This document shows positions 18,188-26,067 of a stretch of 27,357 bases of DNA, in pieces (the first letter of the stretch is position 1; every line of letters starts with the position of its first letter). The position numbers and the translations under genes are program-made. The stretch spans positions 1 to 27,357 of the IMG/VR virus record IMGVR_UViG_3300027835_000021. The stretch is one strand, 5' to 3'. This stretch comes from a virus. Taxonomy: Duplodnaviria; Caudoviricetes. Under the pieces are notes generated by a model. The model saw only the letters and a list, made by a program, of their open reading frames with translations, searched no databases and was not told where the DNA came from.

Positions 18188-18634
18188 ATGAATCGTCATG
18201 ATTTCAAGGATTGGGGTATCAAACATTTCACGGCCGAGGAAATCGAAGCCACGGGCGCGGATATCGCAAAAGTGCAGCTATCGCTCGTCGTTGCCATGGA
18301 CAGGTTTCGGGGTTATCTGGGACGGCCCTTCAACTTGATCAAGGACGGCATGACCACGGGGAAGCACAAGGCCCCGGAACACCCATCAGGATTGGCCGTC
18401 GACGGTTTCGTGCCTGGGCTGGATGGCATCACGAGCCCTATCACCGCCGAAGATGTTTTGAAGTGCGCCGTCAAAGCGGGATTTCACGGCATCGGGATTT
18501 ACTGGAATGGATTGATCTATTCCTTCCACCTGGATCTAAGGCCGGAATATTCCTTTTGGACAGGCACGAAAAAGCCCGGCGGGGGAAGCTGGGAATATGG
18601 AAAACTTATCATCGATCCAAGAAAGGCGGGATGA
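18188..18634 (+). CDS. Endolysin, peptidase M15 family
   Basis: HFT..E, Zn motif H-x6-D (HPSGLAVD), GF.GIGIY and FHLDLR; TAAGGAGG SD. Confidence 0.8.
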   Translation: MNRHDFKDWGIKHFTAEEIEATGADIAKVQLSLVVAMDRFRGYLGRPFNLIKDGMTTGKHKAPEHPSGLAVDGFVPGLDGITSPITAEDVLKCAVKAGFHGIGIYWNGLIYSFHLDLRPEYSFWTGTKKPGGGSWEYGKLIIDPRKAG

Positions 18635-18834
18635 TGGAACCGAAAACTTACGATTGGAAGATCACGCTTCGGAAGGCTGCAGCGTGGGCGGGGGCTACGT
18701 TTCTGGCGGGGGCGGTAGGTTCAATAGAAGACGGCGAGCTACGGCCCAAAGTGGTCCTAACTTCCGGGGCGGTAGCCCTGTGCGTGGGGCTGATTCAGGG
18801 TTTACGGAACTATCAGAAAAATAAACCTGGCTGA
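18631..18834 (+). CDS. Putative two-TM holin (r1t-like), 67 aa
   Basis: ATGATG overlap with the endolysin stop; two hydrophobic segments and a basic C-terminus (RNYQKNK). Confidence 0.6.
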   Translation: MMEPKTYDWKITLRKAAAWAGATFLAGAVGSIEDGELRPKVVLTSGAVALCVGLIQGLRNYQKNKPG

Positions 18835-18867
18835 CCTATTTCGTGGTGCAAAAATTTCCTTCCCCTC

Positions 18868-18896
18868 TTGGCTTTGTAGGTACATAGGGGTACATT
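18868..18896 (+). promoter_or_regulatory. Putative sigma70 promoter/operator P1 for the RHH gene
   Basis: TTGGCT-17 bp-TACATT; spacer contains TGTAGGTACA; GTAC at 18880 and 18890. Confidence 0.6.
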
Positions 18897-18923
18897 GATT
18901 TTGCCAACCAAGGAGGTTTTCGT

Positions 18924-19112
18924 ATGGCTGCGCATCCTAAAAAGCACACCTTTTATTGTCCTGAATGGGAGGATTTGGAGGTCCTGGCGGAAAAGGAATC
19001 AAAGCGGACCGGCTACAAGGTAACCGCCGGGCAATTGGCCCGAAAGGCCGTCCAGGCCCTGCTCAAGGCCCCCGCAAAAGTGCTTAAATTCGACAAAAAG
19101 GAGCGTAAATAG
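18924..19112 (+). CDS. Ribbon-helix-helix DNA-binding protein (putative repressor), 62 aa
   Basis: Strand KKHTFYC, helix EWEDLEVLAEKESKRTG, helix TAGQLARKAVQALL; AAGGAGGT SD. Confidence 0.72.
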   Translation: MAAHPKKHTFYCPEWEDLEVLAEKESKRTGYKVTAGQLARKAVQALLKAPAKVLKFDKKERK

Positions 19113-19125
19113 AGGTCGATTGGAG

Positions 19126-19162
19126 TTGATGATGTAGGTATATGGATGTACAGTGTGTGTAC
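19126..19162 (+). promoter_or_regulatory. Putative sigma70 promoter/operator P2 for the small-gene operon
   Basis: TTGATG-17 bp-TACAGT; 20/29 identical to P1; GTA(T/C) at 19138, 19148 and 19159. Confidence 0.6.
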
Positions 19163-19204
19163 CGGGTTCGGCAATAACGCCGGACTTAAGGACCGGAGCC
19201 AAAT

Positions 19205-19423
19205 ATGAAAACCGAAACCAGGATGATAGCGGAGGATCTTAAAAACGCCGGGTTCCCCGTTTCCGAATACGGTGCCGCCGTCCGCGTTTCGCGCCTCACC
19301 AACCGCAAGGTAACGCGGATGGAAATCGAAGCCGCCCTTTTTGAGGCCGGGTACGAAGAGGGAATGTTTCGGATTGCGCCCGCCATGATTGGCGGGTTCA
19401 CGGTTATTGCTGAAGTGGCCTGA
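19205..19423 (+). CDS. Small hypothetical protein (72 aa)
   Basis: GGAG SD; first gene after P2. Confidence 0.75.
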   Translation: MKTETRMIAEDLKNAGFPVSEYGAAVRVSRLTNRKVTRMEIEAALFEAGYEEGMFRIAPAMIGGFTVIAEVA

Positions 19424-19456
19424 TCCAAGAACCTGAACTTAAGCGAGGGGGGTAAT

Positions 19457-19750
19457 ATGGAAAACGCACGATTCGATTTCAAAACCTTCACCGAGAGCGA
19501 TTGGTCTGCGTTTTCCGGGGCCGAGCCTTTCAAGGACGGCTCCGAACCGATGATCGCCGAGGTTCCGGATTCCGATGCCTGCATCGTTATCTCCGGGGGT
19601 GGGATCCAGGTTTTATTTGGGAACGACAGCTATGGGGATTTGAAACTCCGCACTCTTCCGAAGGATTTCCTGAAGGCGGTGGCAAACCTGTTGCCCGTCC
19701 GATTGGACCCAACCGCACTTCGCGCCCTGGGCTTTATTGTTTACGAATAA
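19457..19750 (+). CDS. Small acidic hypothetical protein (97 aa)
   Basis: GAGGGGG SD; co-oriented in the cluster; acidic and aromatic N-half. Confidence 0.75.
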   Translation: MENARFDFKTFTESDWSAFSGAEPFKDGSEPMIAEVPDSDACIVISGGGIQVLFGNDSYGDLKLRTLPKDFLKAVANLLPVRLDPTALRALGFIVYE

Positions 19751-19776
19751 CGAAGCGAAGTGAAAGGGGGTTCGGA

Positions 19777-20004
19777 ATGACAAACGAACAAATCAGAAAA
19801 ATAAAGCACGCGGAAAGCCTTATCCAGACCGCCATTGCTCAGTTGAAAAGCGTTACCCAATCGATGCCGGACGGTGGTACCGCCTCGGCTTGGAAAGTGG
19901 ATTTGAAAGATTGGACACGCGAACTCGCGGAGTTCCTTTCCAGCGATCACGGCGAATGCGGGTTTTCGGTTTGTATCCCGAAAATGGAAAAAGTGGCTCG
20001 CTGA
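19777..20004 (+). CDS. Small helical hypothetical protein (75 aa)
   Basis: AAGGGGG SD before ATG 19777 (within the 19501 ORF). Confidence 0.7.
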   Translation: MTNEQIRKIKHAESLIQTAIAQLKSVTQSMPDGGTASAWKVDLKDWTRELAEFLSSDHGECGFSVCIPKMEKVAR

Positions 20005-20049
20005 TGGAAAGCGGAAGGCTTGCCAGGTAAGGCACCACGAGGAGGAACC

Positions 20050-20394
20050 ATGAATATCGACGCCTTGAATAAATATCCGCTCCTGGCCGCTGCCGATAAA
20101 GCTGCGGCCAGGGAGAAACTCCGGAAACTTGAAGAAGCCGACCCGATTAGGACCACGCCGGAGCGCAAGGAAGCCTGGGCGGAAAGGCGGATCTTCCTGG
20201 ACCCGCGTGAAGTCAAGCCGGCAAACGCCGGGATCGACGCTGCTGCGTCAGCCATTCTCCAAGCCGCCCAGGTGTACCGCGACCACCATCCAGGGCGCTT
20301 CGATTGGCAATCACAAGCCGACCGCGCCAAGGCCATCCGGCGGGTTGCTAAGGCCGTGCTCAAGAATGCATTGGAGGCCGATGCTTTCAACTAG
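20050..20394 (+). CDS. Ala-rich helical hypothetical protein (114 aa)
   Basis: GAGGAGGA SD before ATG 20050. Confidence 0.75.
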   Translation: MNIDALNKYPLLAAADKAAAREKLRKLEEADPIRTTPERKEAWAERRIFLDPREVKPANAGIDAAASAILQAAQVYRDHHPGRFDWQSQADRAKAIRRVAKAVLKNALEADAFN

Positions 20395-20761
20395 CCGAAA
20401 TACACAATCCTCCTCACGCCCGATTTCGAAGATCCCGGAATTTCTGGCCGTCGCTAACGACTACGACCGCCAAGGGAAGGAATGTAGGATGACCATGGCC
20501 ACCAAGATTGCCTCTATCACATCGCCCCTTACCGAATTCCGCCCGGTGGTGTACACCGTGCAAGGGGAGGACGGGCAATATACTTTCACCGCGCCCGATG
20601 GAAAGGCCGCAGCCGAAATGATGGGCACCCTTTACACCATGGCGGCGCTGGAGCCCGTGGAGGCCGCTTATGCGGATGCGCCGGGGGCACCTTTCCCCAG
20701 CGAACCCAGCTTCGCGCATGAACTTCCCTGCCGGGTGCAACCTGTTTTTTGGGCCGGATGA
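20381..20761 (+). CDS. Hypothetical protein (start uncertain: 20381, 20489 or 20495)
   Basis: GGAGG precedes ATG 20381, overlapping the previous gene; last substantial gene of the cluster. Confidence 0.6.
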   Translation: MLSTSRNTQSSSRPISKIPEFLAVANDYDRQGKECRMTMATKIASITSPLTEFRPVVYTVQGEDGQYTFTAPDGKAAAEMMGTLYTMAALEPVEAAYADAPGAPFPSEPSFAHELPCRVQPVFWAG

Positions 20762-20957
20762 ACACCAACGGGGGGCAGGTCAAGGTCAAACGCACAAACA
20801 GGGTACCGGGTAAGCCCGATTTACGCACATAGCACTCCCGCCGCAGCCACAGGCGAGGTCCGGAAATTTGCAATTGGGTATAAAATCCTTCTCGGCTTGC
20901 CCTGAACAGTCGGTTTTTTGATGGACTCTCTTTTGAAAATCTTGGCGGTGGAAGGGT

Positions 20958-20999
20958 GAATCCAGGCAGGGAATCTGAGCGGGTTCCGAGCCTGGGTTC
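20958..20999. terminator. Long imperfect hairpin between the convergent prophage and host genes
   Basis: GAATCCAGGC/GCCTGGGTTC outer stem and GGAATCT/GGGTTCC inner stem; no clear U-tract, so the terminator role is uncertain. Confidence 0.35.
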
Positions 21000-21003
21000 G
21001 ATG

Positions 21004-21879
21004 CTAAGGCAGAAGTTTAATCCGTAAAGTCTTACCTGCAATGTCAAACCGAGTTCCCGAGAGTAGGCCGTCGCGGGAGAAGTAGACTCCGGCAGCCTGA
21101 TCGGGACGGAGTGTTGCACTTCGGGCCATCAGGTTTTTGGATGAGAGGTGTTGGGAAATGGTCACGGGTATCGTCAAGTCCATGACCTCCCAGTTTTTCC
21201 ATTGGACCTGGGAACCTTCGATTTGAAGGCCCATGCTACCCTTGACCATCGGGACATCACCGGTAGTCCTGAGTTTGGAGGTTCGCATAACCACGGAACC
21301 ATTCACTTTAATTTCTAGACTGTCACCTTTGACAAATATTTCCCACATGTTCCATTGCTCGGTAATTTCTTTATTCACCGAGCGTAGGAAATGCTTGCGG
21401 CCTTGACATCCAAATATGCCCATGCCAGTAACAGCCCTACCAGCAGAATCAAATTGGTTTACTGTAGTTTCAGTGGAGTTAAACTTGCAATCGGTGGTCC
21501 AAATGCTGCCCACATCGCCCCGAGCCATCTGTAGCTCCAGTCCTGCAGGCCACGTGCAAGTTTGCTTTGGTTCGTTGATGTGGTATAGAAATCCTGTATT
21601 CCCTTTACCAATATTCATCCATTCGACCCGGGCGCGATAGTGGGTGTACTCTTTTTCGGTATAAAGGTACCCATCGCCTTTATTCACTTCGATGAGGCCG
21701 CCAGTAGTGGTTACGGTTCCATTTCCATGCTTTTTAAGACCCGTTAAATCCGTGCCATTAAATACTTTTACCCAAGTACTTTCCTGGGCTGAAATTGAGC
21801 TTGCATAAAACGCAACTAAAAATAACCAGGAAACAAAAGGACGGCCTTTTGCATACCTATTCGTCCATAACCGAATCAT
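21004..21879 (-). CDS. Secreted DUF1080 (3-keto-disaccharide hydrolase-like) domain protein with a C-terminal sorting-like tail
   Basis: Signal peptide; W..VFNGTDLTG, GYLYTEKEY, NTG, ELQ, EQWN..EI.V.G...V.VNG and G.MGLQ.EG..V.WKN motifs; tail ends FDIAGK. Confidence 0.85.
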   Translation of the reverse strand: MIRLWTNRYAKGRPFVSWLFLVAFYASSISAQESTWVKVFNGTDLTGLKKHGNGTVTTTGGLIEVNKGDGYLYTEKEYTHYRARVEWMNIGKGNTGFLYHINEPKQTCTWPAGLELQMARGDVGSIWTTDCKFNSTETTVNQFDSAGRAVTGMGIFGCQGRKHFLRSVNKEITEQWNMWEIFVKGDSLEIKVNGSVVMRTSKLRTTGDVPMVKGSMGLQIEGSQVQWKNWEVMDLTIPVTISQHLSSKNLMARSATLRPDQAAGVYFSRDGLLSGTRFDIAGKTLRIKLLP

Positions 21880-22134
21880 CGAGTTCTCCCTTTATCCCCC
21901 GGCGAAATTGAAAATAATCCAGAATAAGGATTTTTTCTCCCCAATTTTTGCCTATAGGTAAAGGAACCGATTTCTAGGCGCGTTCCCACACCGGGATCAC
22001 GGATTCTAATCAGGGATGCCGGTAATGCGAAAGGATCCTGAGGAGGATTCCTTTCGATGCGATTGCCATTGCGCCAAAACCGGGAGGTTCAGTTCCAATC
22101 CTGGTTCGATGCATCTACCGAGTACGGGCGGGTG

Positions 22135-25100
22135 TCAGGGATCGAATGAAGTTTTTATTACCGTGGCTTTGTTGCCATGAGCTCCATCCTGAAAGCCAAT
22201 ATAGGGTACTCCTGTAGGGCTTATTGCCATGGAAATTTCATCCGCCCGCCCATCTGAAAGTCCAGCACCGCCCACGTTTTCCCAAGAAGTCCCACTCCAA
22301 CGCATCACCGTGAGTTTTTGTCCCTGTGCCATATCTTGAAAAGCGATAAAAGGTATTCCTGCGCTACTGAATGCCAAAGACGTAAAATATGCAGGTCCCT
22401 GCGTGAATCCGTAGCCGCCTAGGTTTTCCCAAGTTGTTCCACTCCATCGCATGACCGTAGCACCCTCTCTATTGGCTCCATCGCAAAAAGAAACATAAGG
22501 CACTCCAGTACCACTTACCGACAAAGAAGAATAATGTGCGCTCCCCTGCGAAAGGCCGGAATTGCCAACGTTTACCCAAGCAGTCCCATTCCATCGCATA
22601 ACCGATATCTTACTGCCATAGACAAATTCGACGAAGGAGACATAAGGCACTCCCGTACTGCTAATAGCCAAGGAAATTTTTTCTATGTATTCCGGTGAAA
22701 ATCCGGCGCTACCTACGCTTTCCCAAAAAACCCCACTCCATCGCATCACGGTAACTTTATTTGAAGAGTCTCGAAACGCAACATGGGGTATTCCTGTATT
22801 GCTAAGTGCTAGTGAAATATCATCGGCACGTCCAGCGGAGAAACCAAGCCCTCCAATTGTTTCCCATGCGCTTCCGTTGAACCGCATTACAGTACCTTTA
22901 TCGGCATTTGCCCCATCTGGAAAAGCAACGTAGGGTACACCTGATTCATTGAGAGAAAGTGAAACTCTCTCTGCGCGGCCTGCCGAGAAACCAGCATTGC
23001 CCACGCTCACCCAAGCGTTGCCATTCCACCGCATTACTGTGGCTTTTTCACCATTGGCTGAATCTCTGAAAGCGATATATGGCACACCGGCGCTACTGAC
23101 TTTAATTGAAATACGGGAAGCTTCTGCCGCTGAGAAACCGGGCTTCCCAACAGTTCCGCGTAGAGCAAGAACCAACGTTCTTTTGGCGACAGGGGACCAA
23201 TTGCTAGCCGAGTCCCGTTCTTGGACATAGAGGGTGTGCAAGCCTTCGCTCAAACTATCCTTGGGAGTGAAACTTCCGACCGTTATCGTGTCGGCTCCGC
23301 TTGTCCAATTCGTGTCGTTCTTCCGCACTCGGTAGGTGCCCGTGCCACCCCCGCCGCTTTTCCAAGTCCAGGTCGGTTTCACGCTGTTTAAAGGAGTAGG
23401 TGGCGTGGCATCAAATTCCGGCACGGCGGGAGGAGTAAGATCGACGGCCACAGCCAGGGATTGGATGGCGGACCAGTTGCCCGCAGAATCCTTCTCTTGT
23501 ACAAAAAGCGTATGCATCCCTTGCGAGAGAGCGGAGTCGGGCGTGAAGCTGGTAAAAGCGCCGGACTTCCCGCCTTGGGTCAAGGTGCTGTCATCGATCT
23601 TTGCCCGGTAGAAACCCATGCCCCCTTGACCGCTGGAAAGATTCCATGTGGGCCGGGGATTGTTGGTAGGGGAGGTCTGGGCAAGCGTCGCCTTGGGCTT
23701 GCCCGGCGGCGTCAAGTCAATGATAACTACCGCGCTGCCCGAGTTGGACCAGTTACCGGCGGAATCCTGTTGCTGGACAAATAGCGTATGCGAGCCTTCT
23801 TTTAGGGCGTTCGCGTTTTCCGGCGTGTAGTTGGTTGCCTTGGTTTCCACCGTTCCGGTGCGGAGATCGGAATTATCCAGCTTATACCGATAGATATCGT
23901 TCGCATCCTCTCCCTCACCTTGCCAAGTCCAGGTCGGGAGTACGTTGCGGGTCGGCGAGACTTCGGCGGCTACGGTAGGTGGCGGGGGCCTGGTTGTGTC
24001 GATACGAACTGAGAATCTGCCCGCCTGCGACCAATTCCCCACCGCGTCTCGCTCTTGGACAAACAGGGTATGCGTCCCCGGATCCAGGTCTTTGGGTGCG
24101 ATATAAGCCGTGTCGGTTAAGGTCGTGGCGGAAGCCATATCCTCGTTGTCTACTCCGTAGCGATAGATGCCAACACCGTTCCCGCCGCTTCTCCAAGTCC
24201 AGGAGGGCGTGCGCGTACGAACGGGTGAAGCACCGTTTACAGTGGGTTTGCCCGGCGGCACGGTATCCAGGGTAATCTGAATGGTGTCGAAGGCCGTCCG
24301 GCTCTGCACGGTGGTGTCTATCCGAATCCTGTTTTTGCCTTCCTTTAGGGGAAATTTCTTTTGGAGCAAAGTCCCATTCACCGTGTACAGGACGGTGATG
24401 GGCGTGAAGTTGATCAAGGTATCCTGCGCCGGAGAAGTGATTTTGACATTAAGCGCGGGAGGTACATCCACGTTACCCACGGTGATGAGTACGGCAACCA
24501 GATCCGAGTCCTTCCCATCGAACGCTTTGAACTTGACGGAATAGTTACCGGCTTGACCGACCAGGGTTTTCCAACTGAAAGAGCCGGAAGTGAAGGTCGC
24601 GCCCACGGGAAGGGCCGAGCTTGCCAGGGTGATCGAGTCTTGATCGGGATCGGCGGCTTCCACCTTGAAGGTCAGGGTTTCGTTTTCCTTGACCTTCTGA
24701 TCCGCTAAGGCGGTGATCTTGGGTGGCCGGTTCACGTTCAAAACTTTTACGCGCGCGATTTTCTCAACCCGCCTTCCCGCCGAGGCATAAACGAAGGTCA
24801 CGGCATAGGGCTCGATGCGTCCCTGGTTATAATTGGGCCTCCAGGTGAAATAGCCATCACCGGGATCCCGGCCCACGGTATCGAGTGCCGCGCCGGGCAA
24901 GGTGTCTTTAAGCGTTAACGTGGTCGCGCCCGTCAGGGGATTGCGGACGCTGACGCGGAACCGCAAGGAATCACCTTCCGCCACGGACGTATCGGAAGGG
25001 GCCAGGATTTCCGGGATCGCGGGTTCGATGACGATCGTGTCATTTCCCTTTTGCGTCGGCAGATCCTTGGATTTGAAATTGTTTGCTCCAAGGATGGTGA

Positions 25101-25425
25101 TCACCTTGTTCACGCCCACCTTGCCGCCCTTGTAGCCGATGATGGAAACCGTATACTCTTGGCTCATGCGCGGATCAAGCTGCATACCCATAACCTGTTT
25201 CGGATCCGTCAATTTTCCGTGGAAGACTACCTGCGTGTAGGAGCTGTCCTTGCTGTAGACCTTGACTATAAGCGAGTCGAAGGTCATTAAGCTGTCGTTG
25301 TCTTTGTCGATATGCATGTTCAAGACGCGGCCGGGTTCATCCGTTGTCGGACAGGCGACGAGGAAGAAAAGAGCGGCTAAAGAGAAAAAGGCGAAAGCGA
25401 AGGCGGGAATCTTTTTGGTTTTCAT
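22135..25425 (-). CDS. Large surface lipoprotein: Ig/cadherin-like domains, four Big-type repeats, C-terminal seven-repeat beta-propeller
   Basis: Lipobox LVAC; NVNRPP and DPDQD Ig/cadherin motifs; 4x (D..PP..P...P.W.W...G.HTL.VQ..D..GNWS); 7x ~49 aa (PY.AF.D...K.TVMRW.G..W..VG..GFS). Confidence 0.88.
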   Translation of the reverse strand: MKTKKIPAFAFAFFSLAALFFLVACPTTDEPGRVLNMHIDKDNDSLMTFDSLIVKVYSKDSSYTQVVFHGKLTDPKQVMGMQLDPRMSQEYTVSIIGYKGGKVGVNKVITILGANNFKSKDLPTQKGNDTIVIEPAIPEILAPSDTSVAEGDSLRFRVSVRNPLTGATTLTLKDTLPGAALDTVGRDPGDGYFTWRPNYNQGRIEPYAVTFVYASAGRRVEKIARVKVLNVNRPPKITALADQKVKENETLTFKVEAADPDQDSITLASSALPVGATFTSGSFSWKTLVGQAGNYSVKFKAFDGKDSDLVAVLITVGNVDVPPALNVKITSPAQDTLINFTPITVLYTVNGTLLQKKFPLKEGKNRIRIDTTVQSRTAFDTIQITLDTVPPGKPTVNGASPVRTRTPSWTWRSGGNGVGIYRYGVDNEDMASATTLTDTAYIAPKDLDPGTHTLFVQERDAVGNWSQAGRFSVRIDTTRPPPPTVAAEVSPTRNVLPTWTWQGEGEDANDIYRYKLDNSDLRTGTVETKATNYTPENANALKEGSHTLFVQQQDSAGNWSNSGSAVVIIDLTPPGKPKATLAQTSPTNNPRPTWNLSSGQGGMGFYRAKIDDSTLTQGGKSGAFTSFTPDSALSQGMHTLFVQEKDSAGNWSAIQSLAVAVDLTPPAVPEFDATPPTPLNSVKPTWTWKSGGGGTGTYRVRKNDTNWTSGADTITVGSFTPKDSLSEGLHTLYVQERDSASNWSPVAKRTLVLALRGTVGKPGFSAAEASRISIKVSSAGVPYIAFRDSANGEKATVMRWNGNAWVSVGNAGFSAGRAERVSLSLNESGVPYVAFPDGANADKGTVMRFNGSAWETIGGLGFSAGRADDISLALSNTGIPHVAFRDSSNKVTVMRWSGVFWESVGSAGFSPEYIEKISLAISSTGVPYVSFVEFVYGSKISVMRWNGTAWVNVGNSGLSQGSAHYSSLSVSGTGVPYVSFCDGANREGATVMRWSGTTWENLGGYGFTQGPAYFTSLAFSSAGIPFIAFQDMAQGQKLTVMRWSGTSWENVGGAGLSDGRADEISMAISPTGVPYIGFQDGAHGNKATVIKTSFDP

Positions 25426-25434
25426 ATTCGTGCC

Positions 25435-26067
25435 TTAGGGTTTGAAATCCGAGGGTTGCTTTGCGGCAGTGTGATCGCCGTTCAATACGAAATAAGCGGT
25501 AGTGGCTATGGCTGCAGTGCCGACTCCGCCCAAGGTCCACCAGATCCATTTATGCGACCGTTCTTCTTTGATTTTGACGGGGGCTACCGATTTTTCCTCA
25601 GTGCCATTCTTTCCGTGATTCTTATCGCGACCATATTCATCATGACCACGAACATAGGCTTGTTGCTGTTCGTAACTCTGTTTGACATTTTTGAAAATCG
25701 ATTCGATGTTATCCGATATATAGAGGTCAATCAGTTCTATGGTCGGCATCAGCTTAATAAGCTGGACCATGTAGCTCTCTGCCTTTTGCCTTGTTTTCGG
25801 GTCGGCGGCATAGATCACGCTCAGGTACTTATAGACGAAGATCGAATCCTCTTTTTTCGCATTGCCTGGGAAGGATTGGCGGTATGCCTCCAATGGAGGG
25901 AGAACTCGGGAAAATTCCCCTTCAAAATAGGCGTGGCTGATCGCCGCCTTGTCGAGGGTTCCTTCCAGATTGAAGCCAAAGGCGGCGTGAGCCTGCGGGA
26001 TAAAACACAAAAGCATGATTGCCAGGAACGCCAAACCAATCCGATTGACAAGTTTCACCCGTAACAA
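25435..26067 (-). CDS. Exported helical protein with a C-terminal membrane anchor, co-transcribed with the lipoprotein
   Basis: Signal peptide ending AHA; C-terminal TM (WIWWTLGGVGTAAIATTAYFVL); TAAGGAG SD favours TTG 26067 over ATG 26100. Confidence 0.75.
   Translation of the reverse strand: MLRVKLVNRIGLAFLAIMLLCFIPQAHAAFGFNLEGTLDKAAISHAYFEGEFSRVLPPLEAYRQSFPGNAKKEDSIFVYKYLSVIYAADPKTRQKAESYMVQLIKLMPTIELIDLYISDNIESIFKNVKQSYEQQQAYVRGHDEYGRDKNHGKNGTEEKSVAPVKIKEERSHKWIWWTLGGVGTAAIATTAYFVLNGDHTAAKQPSDFKP

Larger units (their letters stand above)
1..20832 (+). mobile_element. Prophage (partial; lambda-like head, Mu-like contractile tail, lysis, terminal accessory genes)
   Basis: Continuous co-oriented virion morphogenesis and lysis genes with many overlapping stop/start junctions, followed by opposite-strand host-like genes. 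The left end, terminase and integrase are outside the window. The right boundary is approximate (~20.76-21.0 kb). Confidence 0.9.

Noticed and set aside
8251-19443. Recurrent ACTTAAG upstream of three RBSs (8254, 19184, 19437)
   Set aside because: Short palindrome-containing word with inconsistent spacing and unrelated genes; cannot be distinguished from chance.
19159-20811. 9-bp direct repeat GTACCGGGT (19159-19167, 20803-20811) bracketing the small-gene operon
   Set aside because: Too short and noticed post hoc; no recombinase or other support.
15027-20832. Looked for a DGR, invertible fibre cassette or CRISPR mini-array near the fibre and accessory genes
   Set aside because: No reverse transcriptase, invertase, template/variable repeat pair or regularly spaced repeats were visible by eye; a self-alignment would be needed to exclude them fully.
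20943-20962. Minus-strand GATTCACCCTTCCACCGCCA has the spacing of a tRNA 3' end (possible att remnant)
   Set aside because: There is no TTC of the T-loop, no matching 5' acceptor strand upstream, and its orientation is wrong for an attR duplicate; it is partly explained by the adjacent hairpin.
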